A DNA stretch of 64,000 nucleotides, from assembly GCA_950097015.1 (NCBI GenBank), contig CATNEN010000011.1:2852001-2916000 (forward strand), in the 5' to 3' direction. Made by a program: the position numbers and the translations under genes. Positions within the stretch are counted from its first letter, which is position 1, and each line of letters opens with the position of its first letter. Of this stretch, positions 1 to 11,554 are shown one piece after another. The DNA is from Macrostomum hystrix. Its lineage: Eukaryota; Animalia; Platyhelminthes. The notes beneath the pieces are model-generated. The model did not search any database and was not told the DNA's origin. It saw only the letters and a program-made list of their open reading frames with translations.

Positions 1-663
1 CTGCTGTGCATCAAGCCGAACTTCAAGCGCATCCTCGACCCGATGCCAGACTCGCTGTGCGCCATCGAGTGCAGCCGCCAGCCCAACTGCCAGGCCTTCA
101 GCACAGCCGGTGGATACTGCGAGCTCTTCCTGTTCGACAAGTGCAGCCTGGGTGTCCGCGACTGCAACTGCACCCAACGCGGCCGAGTGTTTGTGCGCCG
201 ACGAGAGGGGCTCTCACCGGGACAGCTGTGCCCCGATGGATTCGGACACGACCTCTGCGGGGTGAAGTACAAGCTGACGGAGGAGAGAGTCGACTGGCCG
301 ACTGCCAGGAACCGCATTGAGTCCCAGCCGGGCCTCGTGATCATGGCTGACGTGATGGACTCGGCTGAGCTGCAGCACATCGTGCGAAAATTCATCGCAA
401 GGGCCTACTACCGTGTTTTATGTCTTGGGGGAGCTCAGCAACCAGGTGCCGAGGAGCCTGCTGGTGGCTGGTTCTGGGTCAGCTGTAAGCGACCGATTTC
501 CAATTCAACTGAGCTTTGGCACAGCGGCGAGCCAAACAACGAGTACGGGGACGAGAGCATCCTAATGATTGCGACAGATAATCAGAAACTAAATGACTTT
601 AATCCGCAAGGCGCTTTCTCGAATTATTTCCTCAGCGAGTGCGTGTCGATCCCTTTTGACTGA
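1..663 (+). CDS. PAN/apple-like domain plus C-type lectin-like domain protein, 5' truncated by the window edge
   Basis: Frame 1 is open from base 1 to TGA at 661-663. The N-terminal CAIECSRQPNCQAFS...C pattern is PAN/apple-like. CPDGF, WPTAR, WFW, WHSGEPNN and LND are CTLD landmarks. A candidate AATAAA lies near 957. Confidence 0.75.
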   Translation: MLCIKPNFKRILDPMPDSLCAIECSRQPNCQAFSTAGGYCELFLFDKCSLGVRDCNCTQRGRVFVRRREGLSPGQLCPDGFGHDLCGVKYKLTEERVDWPTARNRIESQPGLVIMADVMDSAELQHIVRKFIARAYYRVLCLGGAQQPGAEEPAGGWFWVSCKRPISNSTELWHSGEPNNEYGDESILMIATDNQKLNDFNPQGAFSNYFLSECVSIPFD

Positions 664-3484
664 ATGTCAGACATACTGTGACAGCGAGAAAGTGGCATCC
701 GGTGCGAAATATTTCATGTGAGTTTGCTAACATTGATGGGTGCTTTAGAAATAGTTTTGTCAAGTAAGTCGGTATGCATCTAAAGTTCATCTACTCCACA
801 AAAATAATCAAGTTTCTTAATTAATAACAACTGTTTTATGTCTTGGCGAATTTGCATGGGGTTTTGCATCAAGCTATTTTTTGTTTTGTAATCACGGCAA
901 CTATACATTCTACTTTCTACTTTCTACTTACTGTTGTCATATCTTGGATTATAACTAATAAAAGTAATTTAGAAAAAAAGCATTATAGTTTTTGCTACTA
1001 TATAATTGTAGTCTGCGTCTAAACAACACGAAAAATGGCTACATAATATTAATAAATCCAGCTATATGGCTCCTCTAGGAACCACATCCAGAGATGATGA
1101 CATTGTATCAATACACAATGAGTTTTGGTCAGGGGTCCCTTAACCAGCCCAAGTTATTTTCTTATTTATTCAGGTTGACATGTTTTTGAGCCCTATATAT
1201 TTTCTCGCATTCTACGAAGTACTATAGTTCCAGTAAATTATATAATATTAGTCAAACAATCAATGTTGTCACGCAGTTTTTTTACCTAAATTAAACAGAA
1301 AACGATATTTTTGAAACTTATTCCCGAGAGTCAGCTGTCAATAAGGCTGTTTATTATTTCGTCGATTTAAAGCCCATTCTACACCTACTATATATACCTG
1401 TCTTTTTAATCTGGCTTGTTTTTGTAGTGCTTTTAACTGCCCGACAGGAAGTATGAAAGTTTTTGTAAAGCCATTAATAAAGTTTCTGATAGTTTCTGAA
1501 ATTAATAAACACATGCCGATTCAAAATCTGCATGATGTCTGATGTCTCCGCAAATCATGAATTTTTTCTTCGACATGTTTTTTTCGGAGCAGCATTTCAC
1601 ATAGCAAAAATGTTTTTATCTCTTGATTCAGTTTTTTTTTCTGGTACTCTCGAATCTCCTTTTCACAGATTATTATTTTTTGCGTTTCATGTTTTGATTT
1701 CTTCATTAGATTTAAGTTTTCATTAAACTTATATTTTTTAGTTTGAATACTTACGACTATGCAGATAATAAAATATTGCATGCTTTTATTGCGAAAACAA
1801 ATTTATAAACCTTAAAACACATAGTCCGCGATTATTACAAAAACAATCTGATAAAAAGCATCCGATATTTATTGAATAAAAATCTCTTTGACGACGTGTG
1901 TACTTATTTATTGACTATCATTTTTTTCGTACTTTTAAAAAATTTCTTACGTGACTTGTGAAAATTTGTCAATAACGTTTTTGTCTCAATGCGCAATCAC
2001 TCGAATTTACAAATTAATCATCGTACACTAATCAGTCTTTTTAGACGTATTAGGTGTTGAATTTGAGCAGTATTTAATATTTTGATCACTAAATACAACG
2101 ATTTTATTTTACCTCAAGAGACACACAAAAATGTATTCTACCTGATATTCTATATTTTGTCTTAAAATGAACGTTTTCTACGGTAAACTACCAATTCAAA
2201 AATTTTCTATCACGTTTCTAAAAGACGGTATGTACTTTAGTTATCCATGCACCCATTACTCCTAAAGTCCACAATAACAACAACAACAACACGCTGCCCG
2301 GGTGAAAATAGAAGGCAGCGTCACAGGGCGAGCTTCAGAGCCTGGCCGCGAACAAAGTTATTCTGTATTCCGAGTCCAAGGCGCCAGCATCAACCAGCAG
2401 AAATCCGCAATACACCTCTTAAAGTAGTAATAATAACTTTGTCGAGTAATACATTCCAGGTTTTCCTGATTCTAAACACAGTTCTTACAGCCTGGAACAA
2501 AATTGGATCGACCGGTCTGTGACACAGAACCATCCGCCTTTCAAACGCCACTCCAATTCCTTATAACGTGACGCCTGACGAGATGGTATCCCAATATCTA
2601 TTGACAAAGCGGGCGGTTCGACCATGCTACTGATTGAATGAGGCGGAAGAGAAGACCATTAAGCATTGTGAGGCGCGGCGCCAGGGCATCAATCGACAGC
2701 TTGGCCTGGTCTCCGCGGATACAATTGGATTGTTCTGCACACTCTGCACGAAATGGAAATATTGCCAGCTAGACACATCTAACAGACAACTCTCCGTGTT
2801 CTTGTCCGCCCTACTAACATGACTAGTAGAAATCTATTCAACTCTGACCTGCCAATGACCAACTGTGTGCAGTTTCCGGGCCTTTGGTCTCAAATTGTCG
2901 TTCAATATTTATTGACTCACAGCGCTTACTGCTCACCAATTGCTGCTTTTGAGAACTGCTTTCCTCATGCTATAGCAGAATCCAGGTGAATAGGGACGAC
3001 ATGTATCCCGCCTAACTTTGTGCTCATCGACTCAAACAGCAGAAGGTTTACGCTTTCTCTCCCCTGTCCCCTGCAATTATCCCAGATTTGGGGAAAGACT
3101 AGCGCTGCGTATACCGTCCCATGCAGGAAGAAATCCTCAAACTCGGATCAAGCGCAAGCTGTCGCTCCCAATCCCAGACTGCGGCCTTCCTAATCCCTCG
3201 CGTAAATCCCGGCTAGGCAAACGATTGACCAAGGCGCAGTCCCTTTGGCGAACAGCTTTAAACAACAGCTGGCAGTGCTTCTTTTGACTTCTGAGTTTCA
3301 CAGAAATCTGGCCCAGAGAATACACACGCTACGATCGTTGTTCTTGTCTGCCTGACTTCAGAGGACTGACCAGGCCAAGCTCACCAAGCACTGGCTAAAC
3401 AAAACCTATTGCGCGCCAATGTCACTCGCAGGCTTTTAAGCACTCTAGTTTTGCCGCGCTTTATTGTTTGACGCTTTCTGCGTC

Positions 3485-6400
3485 ATGCCTGCCTCCATTT
3501 GTTCGCTACGGCGCCTCATCAACTATCGGGTGCTGCTGCTGATCCCACTACTCTGGTTCGTACTCGCTCTGCTCCTCATCGGATCTAACAACGGCGGCAG
3601 TCACGAAAGTGATCATCACGAGGCTAGAGGGCAGCTTGACGGCAGCCACGAGGATGTGGACGACTCGGTCCTGGGTTCGATTCGCGAGGCTATCCGGCTA
3701 GACAAGGAGCGCGTCAGGGCTGAAATCTGGAACTCGGATGGCTCGGCTAAATCCGGGCACCAAAATAAGGAGCAGAAAGCGACCGACGAAGCTCCAGCTG
3801 TTGTTGCCGCCGCAGCGATCGACGCCGGAATTCGTGATAGACTTGCACAGCTGAAGCAAAAGAACGCAAAATTTCGCCAACGCCTAGCCCAGTTGAGACT
3901 CGCCGCAGACACTGCTCAGGAAGAAACTGCCTCGACTGTGGAAACTTCTGTAAACAAAGGTAAATAATAAAAACAATTCAAGTTTTGTAACGTAAAAAAA
4001 GTCTAAGTTACAAAAGACTGTTTATTTCTGGACATAGCCAAGCAAATTCTGGTGTTCAATTATTGCAATGTCCATGCTGATGAACACTCAAAACGCATTC
4101 ATTATCCAATCGGCAATCCACCTCTAATGCTAGTTTTTCTAAATTTCGACTCTGAAGCTTTTAGCCCAGTGGTTTGGTAGATTATAGGGTGTGTGCTGAA
4201 GTCTCCCAGTCTATGGACTGAACGCAGCCTTTGGACGCCAGCTGTTCCACTGGCTGCACGGGCTGGACTGGGCTAAGCGTAATGTCTATCTATCGACCAT
4301 GAACAATGACTCCATGTTCGTTCACTCGCTATAAAAATCCCTTTCGCAGAAGTTCCGACGTCAACAACAACGATTACAACAACGATAATAACGACAACTA
4401 CAATTGAAACTACCACAGCAACGCAATCGACAGAGCATACTCAGGAAGCTTCAAGTACTCAGGCCAGAGGTAAAACCGTGGACCTAGGACCCGGTGAGCT
4501 TGGGGCAAGCGTGATCGTGGACAAGCAGCGATTGGACCCACGACAGCTGGATCGTTACGAGCGTGGCTGGAAAGAGAACGCTTTCAATGAGTACGCCAGC
4601 GACATGATTAGCGTTAGACGTCGCTTGCAGGTCAGACTCTTAGATCTGAGATCTGAGATTTGAGATCTGTTTTGACGATTCGGTCTCGACTACCATTTTC
4701 TCCCCCGAAAATTGCCAGGACTACCGGCCCAAGGACTGTCTAAGCAAGCAGTACTCAGCCAACCATCTGCCGAACACCAGCGTCATCATGTGCATGCACA
4801 ACGAAGCCTGGAGTGTACTGCTGCGTAGCATCCACTCCGTTCTGGACCGAGCGCCTCCCTCTTTGCTGCACGAGATCATCCTCGTTGACGACTTCTCAAA
4901 CCGGCCTCACCTGGGCCGGCCACTGGAGGAGTACCTGGCCAAGCTCGGCCGGGTGCGTCTGTTGCGCAACACAAAACGTCAAGGCCTCATCCGGTCGCGA
5001 CTTGCCGGCGCCGCCGTGGCCACCGGGCAGACTTTGACCTTCCTGGACTCGCACATCGAGTGCAACGATGGCTGGCTGGAGCCGCTGCTCGAGCGCGTTG
5101 CTGTCGACCGAACTAACGTCGCTGTGCCGTACATCGACGTGATCAACGAGGATAACTTCGGCTTCTTCCACGTAGCCAACGAGCGGATGGTAGTCGGCGG
5201 ATTTCGCTGGAACACAATGAGCTTCAGCTGGCAGTCGATGCCGCAGCGGATTCGACAGAATTTGAGCAGCCATGCTCAGCCAGTGCCCTCCCCCACCATG
5301 GCTGGTGGCCTGTTCACAATGGACAGAGCATACTTTGAGGAGCTTGGAAGCTACGATGAGGGCATGGAGATCTGGGGTGCGGAGAATCTCGAAATCAGGT
5401 ACGTGACGACACAAACCAATGGCAGATTTCATTTACGCAGATTACTTCTCAGACTATAGTAAGAAAGGCTTATGAAGCTAATAAAATTATTTGCAGGAAG
5501 GCAGTCGGTACTAACGCATCTTTTGGTGACAATTGACTCACACATGTGTGTACACCTGCCATGACTTTCTCATCGTCAGGGCTTTTGGAGGTTGGTCAAA
5601 TTCACGCAAGAATTCACTTTTACCAGCTATGCGTAACAGCTTCTGAAGAGTTCTTCAGAACTACCCCAACACAAATCCTTTAAATTAGAGTTCCTATACG
5701 AGCCATGATCAAGACTTTAGGCAGCTCCGCCGCTCACCCCAAAGCTAATAATTTGTTCAATAAATCGCATTGATAGACAGACAAAACACGGCTAGGTAAA
5801 AACTAACTATTCCAGTTTTCGAATATGGATGTGCGGCGGCCGCTTAGAGATCGTGCCCTGCTCCATCATTGGTCACGTGTTCCGCACCAGAAGCCCCTAC
5901 TCGTGGGGCGAAGGCTCCGGCGACGTTTTGAAGCGAAACACCATCCGCATGGCCGAGGTGTGGATGGACAACTTCAAGCACATCTATTATCGTCAATTTA
6001 ACAACGACCTGGGAGACTTCGGAGACGTCTCAGACCGAGTCGCTCTTAGAAAGCGATTGAAGTGTCATTCGTTTCGCTGGTACCTGGAGAATATTTATCC
6101 AGAGCAGTTGCGATGGGGCAACACCACCAGAATTGGCGCTATTCAATCCTTTCTGCTCGTTGGAGGCAGCCGGTGGTGTCTCGACGGTGTCCGACGAAGT
6201 GGCCCTGGTAGAGCGAGCCTGCAGCGGTGCCACAATAAGGTTAGCGAATCGTCCCAACGAACTAGTAATAAGTTAATAACCTTTGCAGGATGTCTGCGGG
6301 CACTGGCCAATCAATTGGTGATTTTAGACCCGCAGCCAGCGAGAAGGCAATTCCGCTCATTCCGCTGACTCCTGAGCACACACGCACACAGCTGTGTACA

Positions 6401-7218
6401 TCTGCCCTGACTTTCTCATCGTCAGGCAGTGTACACTCTCACTATGCCTTGGGAGGTTGACCGTCAAGGGCGTAAATTGCACGACAAGCCCCCAAGCTTT
6501 CTCTACGCGGCTGAGCCGCAAATAAATGTGGCTCGGAATCGAGCTCAAGGATCTTGATGCGAGAGGCGGACGCGTTAACCACTCCGCCACTAATCCCTCC
6601 ACTTACCTTAGGGAGATAGCAGGGACAACTAAAACTAAAAGGGTTTTAGTTGTCCCTGGGAGATAGGAACTTTCGGCTTCATCAGCTGTGATAAAATTGA
6701 TTGGTTTGTGTAGCGGCCCCAAGTCTACTCACTGAACAACCCACTACATACAGGCTTTTGATTTTTAAACAAGAATCTGAGTTTCCCATTAGATTTGCCC
6801 TTGGATTCTCTCAGATCAGGTCTTTGTCCCACTTTGACAGGGTGGCAACCAGGTTTGGACGCTATCAGAGCACGGTGAGCTAATCAGAGACACTGACTGC
6901 CTGCACTACAATGGTCGGGCCCTCACCCTGATTGCCTGCCAAGGCTTCGGCGGCTATGGCAAATTTCAAAGCTGGAAATACGAGGACACAGGAGACCGAC
7001 AGCTCTATCACCCGGCAACCAGTCAGTGCTTGACTGTGCGTCACACCACCGCAATGTCCGAGCCCGAGCTCAGCATGGAGATCTGCCGCGAGCGAGATCA
7101 GAGCCAGGCCTGGCGACTGCCGGAACTGCTCGAACTGTCAGACAGCAGCGCTGATCTCAGCAAGGAGGGACCAGCTCGAGCTGTGCTAGAACCAATGCTA
7201 CCGGACGCTCTAGGCTAA
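3485..7218 (+). CDS. GALNT: Polypeptide N-acetylgalactosaminyltransferase (GT27), 5 exons: 3485-3959, 4350-4630, 4719-5398, 5816-6239, 6841-7218 (745 aa)
   Basis: All four introns are GT-AG and the phases join into a 2238-nt ORF. It has an N-terminal TM anchor, [21 protein letters not shown], the metal-binding FLDSHIEC (DxH) and [19 protein letters not shown]-terminal ricin-B lectin is indicated by CHNK|GGNQ and CLHY...CQG. The paralogue number is not assignable. Confidence 0.93.
4170..4290 (+). mobile_element. Fragment of second SINE-like family (GALNT intron 1)
   Basis: ctatggactgaacgcagccttt is the reverse complement of the aagctgcgtacggctgttcagtccatgg block at about 20005 and 24900. Confidence 0.35.
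5485..5741 (-). mobile_element. Degenerate copy of tRNA-derived SINE family 1 (GALNT intron 3)
   Basis: Matches the reverse complement of the 8151 copy: tgcaggaagg tail, tgactttctcatcgtcagg core and ctccgccgctcacccc head. Confidence 0.6.
6265..6600 (-). mobile_element. tRNA-derived SINE family 1 (GALNT intron 4)
   Basis: Near full-length reverse-complement match to 8151-8517, including the A/B-box head and the central core. Confidence 0.85.
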
Positions 7219-7337
7219 TATTTTATTCTTTTGAACTAATTTCTAATAACTAATTTGACTTGCATATACTCTAGTCAAAGTTTTAAGACTCCATTACCAC
7301 GGTTTTATTTTCCGCTATCAGTTAGAAAATTTATTAT

Positions 7338-7440
7338 ATGGCCAAACCCAGTTTAGTCTATGACCAGACCCAGTTTAGTCTATGACCAGACCCAGTTTAC
7401 TATATGACAAAATTTTGTTTAGTCTATGGCCAAACCGAAT
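7338..7440. repeat. Short 22-bp tandem repeat (atgaccagacccagtttagtct), about 4 decaying units
   Basis: tgaccagacc recurs at 7361 and 7383, with flanking degenerate units. Confidence 0.7.
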
Positions 7441-8150
7441 TAATTAGCTAGTTTAGTAAAAAGCACATTAGATAAAAATTACATTGCTTGCTAATTACAA
7501 CCAGAATAAAAATTGGAGGACGTATTCGAACAAAAACGAAAACAACTTTGGATTCCCATATATTAACTTACATTTTTTTAGCTTTCGGAATGCTTCTTAT
7601 AAATCGACCTAAAAATGACTGAAACATTCGTTTTCTTTACTTATTTTTTTCTTCCAAATTTCGGAATCACACATTATTACTAATATATACTCGTATTAAA
7701 ACTCAATAAATTGATGGTTTTTCATGATTTGTGTCAGTATGCTAGTTCACACAATGCTGTACACCTTCCGGGGTATATCATTGGTATATATGATCGGTAC
7801 TTTCGATGAGGCTTATGTTCTGAATAACAAATTTCTAGGCTTGGATTGTCATATTCATCATGTTCTTCCTGTGTGCCGTTTTATCGCATCTTAACGTAAA
7901 TAGAACACGTGCAACAATAAACGAGTATTTGCTTCCAATTGCGGCTCAACTGATTGACTTTTTGTTATAAACTTTCTTCACGAATGTCTGATAGTTTGAT
8001 AGCTGGTCAGTATCAATTGAGTTATTATTTTGTACAAAAAATAGAAAAGTACTATTAAGAATCGTTGTCACCCTATACTACTTGAATTACCATGGACTGT
8101 ACATTAAAAAAATCGACACAACGTAAGTTAAGTAACTTAGCTGAGCAATT

Positions 8151-8517
8151 GGGGGGTGAGTGGCAGAGCGGTTAACGCGTTTGCCTCTCGCACCACGGTC
8201 CCTAAGTTCGATTCCACGGCGAGGCCACATTTATTTGGGGCGCAGCCGCAGAGAGAAGGCTTGGGGGCTTGTCGTGCAATTGACGCCCTTGAGGGCCAAC
8301 CTCCAAGACACAGTGAAGTGTACACTGCCTGACGATGAGAAAGTCAGGGCAGATGTACATACCTGTGTGAGCGTATGCCTGCGTACAGTATCTGTGTGCG
8401 TGTGTGCTCCGGAGTCAGCGAAATGGGCAGAATTGCCTCCTCGCTGGCTGCGGGTCTAGCGTCACCAAATGATGTGCCATTGCCCGCAGCCCTCCTGCAA
8501 TTATTATTATTATATTA
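8151..8517 (+). mobile_element. tRNA-derived SINE family 1, full length with 14-bp TSD
   Basis: A-box-like TGGCAGAGCGG and B-box-like GTTCGATTCC in a tRNA-like head, and a (TTA)n tail. The perfect TSD ttagctgagcaatt lies at 8137-8150 and 8518-8531. Confidence 0.92.
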
Positions 8518-8813
8518 TTAGCTGAGCAATTAATCCTATAAACCTCAAAGAAGTTCGAGAAATCTCGCTTACAATACATCTTGCTGGAGCACAAAATGTC
8601 ACTCAGAATGGAGCAGTGTTTTTCAAACGAAAGCTGTGATCAATTTTAGCTATATAAAAATAGGAAATGCGAATTTAGATGAAAATGGATGCTCGATCGG
8701 GTTGTTATGGAACAGTTAAAATGGAACTCGTATTTGTAGAAAAACTACTACAATAAGTTACTCAGAATGCTTTTTATCTACTGCAAAATATCGCCAGATT
8801 CAACAGCAGCAGC

Positions 8814-11554
8814 TCATGATGAGGATGAGGATGCTGTACAACCTCCGACCGGATGCAGCAGCTTCTTGTGCAACAACTCCGGCCTATTGTGCATCCTTCT
8901 AGATAGCACTGTGCGTCTATACACGCTATTAAAATTTGTAACAATGACCGGAACTGGCAGCGCCACCGTCATCACTCCGGCGACAACGCAAGCCGAACCG
9001 ATGAGCTTGCCAGTCAGGGTTCGCGGCACGGCGTCACCGTAGCCCACGGTGCACAGGCTGATCACAGCCCACCAGAATGCGTGCGGAATGCTCTGGAACT
9101 GCTTGTTCGTAGCGCCTTCGGCTTGGTGAATGGCCGAGGCAAACAGCACAACACTGACGCCAACGAAGAACAAGAACATGGTGAGCTCTCGGATGCTCAT
9201 TCTCAGCGTTTTGCCGAGGATTTGCATCCCGGTCACGTAGCGATAGAGTTTGAAGATGCGCAGCACGTGACTAAAGTGCAGGGCTCGCATGATGCCACTG
9301 TCGGCGCAGAACTCGCCGACTGTCTCCAGCGCAACTGAGATGAAGTACGGAACGAAGCTCACAGCGTCAAGCCACACGGCTGCGGAGTGGAGCAGCCGGA
9401 TGCGGGGCAGCGGGCTGACCGCCAGCTTGATGCCGAACTCCAGAGCGAACCAGGCGACGCATGCGAATTCTAGTCTTGTTAGCCATAAATTGCCTGCGCT
9501 GAAGGACATCTGCTTGGTACCGAATAGCAGTGGCAGATAGCTGAAATATTGGCACACACGCTCAGTTTCAAAGTCTTTCAACTTTTGCCAGTGCTAACGT
9601 CTGTCTGAATATTTTTGAGCCTAAGAAACTAGGAACTTGACTGAGGTAATGTCCAGGGACTGACACATTATTGATACCTCATTGATACCTTATTGAAACC
9701 ATAATAATAATAATAGTAATTGCAGGAGGGCTGCAGGCAATGGCTCATGATTTGGTGACCCGCAGCCAGTGAGGAGGCAATTCTGCCCATTTCGCTGACT
9801 CCTGAGCACACAAGCACACAGATACCGTACTTAGGCACTCGCTCACACAGGTGTGTACATCTGTCCTGATTTTCTCATCGTCAGGCAGTGTACACTCACT
9901 GCGCCTTGGAGTTTCGCCCTCAAGGCATAAATGCACGACAAGCCCCCAAGTGTTCTCTCCGCGGCTGCGCCCTAAATAAATATTAAAATAAATGTTAACG
10001 CAGACCCATTAACCGCTCTGCCATCGACCCCCATTGACGAATTATTCACACCTTATTGATACTTCATTGATACCGCATTGATACTTTATTGATACCTCAT
10101 TGATACCTCATTGATGCCTCATTGATACCTCAGTAACAACTCATTGATACCTCAGTAACAACTCATTGATATCCCATTGATATCTCATTGATACCTCAGT
10201 AACAACTCATTGATATCTCATTGATATCCCATTGATATCTCATTGATATCCCATTGATACCTCATTGATATCTCATTGATATCCCATTGATATCCCATTG
10301 ATACCTCATTGATATCCCATTGATACCTCATTGATATCTCATTGATATCCCATTGATATCCCATTGATACATCATTGATATCCCATTGATACCTTATTGA
10401 TACCTCAGAGACAACTCACAGTAATTCATTGATAACGCTCTGTTAGTAGGTCGAAAATCACCGATTTTTTCAGATACCTGATTGAGACCTCATCGCTGTA
10501 TCTCACGGTTTGGCTTCGTGAATTAACTTTTTTAGATTTTAATACCTTGCACATACTTTTGGATATGAAAATTTTTGTAACAACTAATATGAGTAATTTA
10601 TAGTGAAGAGCACGAGAAAAGATACCAGACCATAATTATGATCGATTCTTCAAACATACGAGCGTAAATCTCCTACCTTTGTTATCTCCTCTCTACTTTA
10701 TTATCATAAAACTGAACCAATCGACCTTTTCACCTAGTAAAGTTATGGCAGTGACCTTTGAGAGACAAATTTTCAACTAACCGAGTCGTGGTAACTTCGC
10801 TTCTGCTGCTGTTGACGCCTCCTTCGCCATTGGCATCGCCATCACCGCAAGGCACTGGCGGCGAATGCAAGCAGTGAAGCGCGACAGACAGAACAATGAC
10901 CGCCACGCTGGGACCCACCAGCAGTCTGCCCAGCTGGGTGGTCTTCGGATAGTGCAAGGCCGAGAATAGACTAGTTCTCCAACTCGAGCGACTCCAGTGA
11001 CGTACAGTGAGCGGGGAATAGCCTTCAGCCACTAAAAAGCTGCGAATCACAGCTTCGTCCAGCTGGAAGAATCGCAACTCCTCGTAGAAGACCTCCTCTG
11101 GCACTTCTGTCGGCCTGCGCAGCCGCCCGCCGGATTGATAGTAATTGAGGATGGCTGCGAATGACGGCCTGTGCCGATCAAAGAAGTACTGACCCCGGTC
11201 AGCGTCCCAGAACTTCAACCGTTTGTTATCGTCGCCTAGCAACGTGCCAGGAAAGCGACGCAGCGTTCGCAGTTGAGTTTCAAACAGCTCGCCGGCCACG
11301 TTGATGCAGATTCGCTGGCAGCCACTGTCGCAAGTTGCTTCAAGAATGGTTGCACCCGCGACCAGCGTGCGTTGCTGATGGAATTTCGAGCGCTGATTCT
11401 GATCCCCGCCAGATTGGGCGGTTTTCGAGGTTGGGGCAGCGTTGTCTCCCGAATCGTTTGGCTGCGGACAAGGAGCCGACTTTTCGTTCTCGTATTGATT
11501 GTTGTTGTAGCGACGAGGTTTTTCTCGTTGTGCTCCTCGCAGGAATGAGTACAT
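8814..11554 (-). CDS. Voltage-gated K+ channel alpha subunit, Shaker-like (divergent), 2 exons: 11554-10734 and 9540-8814 (515 aa)
   Basis: T1 domain (FFDRHRPSFAAILNYYQSGGRLRRP), S1-S6, pore AFWWAVISLCTVGYGD and gate ALPVPVIVTNF. The phase-2 intron 10733-9541 (AG|GTGAAA ... TTTCAG|C) gives a 1548-nt ORF. An alternative phase-1 junction (10756 to 9493) is also in frame. Confidence 0.9.
9668..10410. repeat. 11-bp minisatellite (cattgatatcc / cattgatacct) in the Kv intron, interrupted by a SINE
   Basis: attgat recurs every 11 bp at 9668-9700 and about 10050-10410. Confidence 0.9.
9701..10032 (-). mobile_element. tRNA-derived SINE family 1, B-box region lost
   Basis: Reverse-complement match to the 8151 copy with a (TAA)n tail at 9701-9720. 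The segment that should hold the B box is replaced by AT-rich sequence. Confidence 0.85.

Noticed and set aside
2247-3330. Short ORFs and moderately GC-rich sequence upstream of GALNT (similarly 11692-13461 and 47300-47760)
   Set aside because: No domain motifs, repeat partners or consistent splice structure. Likely promoter DNA or old repeat debris.
8160-8459. Recurrent small ORFs containing [14 protein letters not shown] (also 24484-24669 and 9745-9936)
   Set aside because: These are translations of SINE copies; the frame and start are not conserved between copies.
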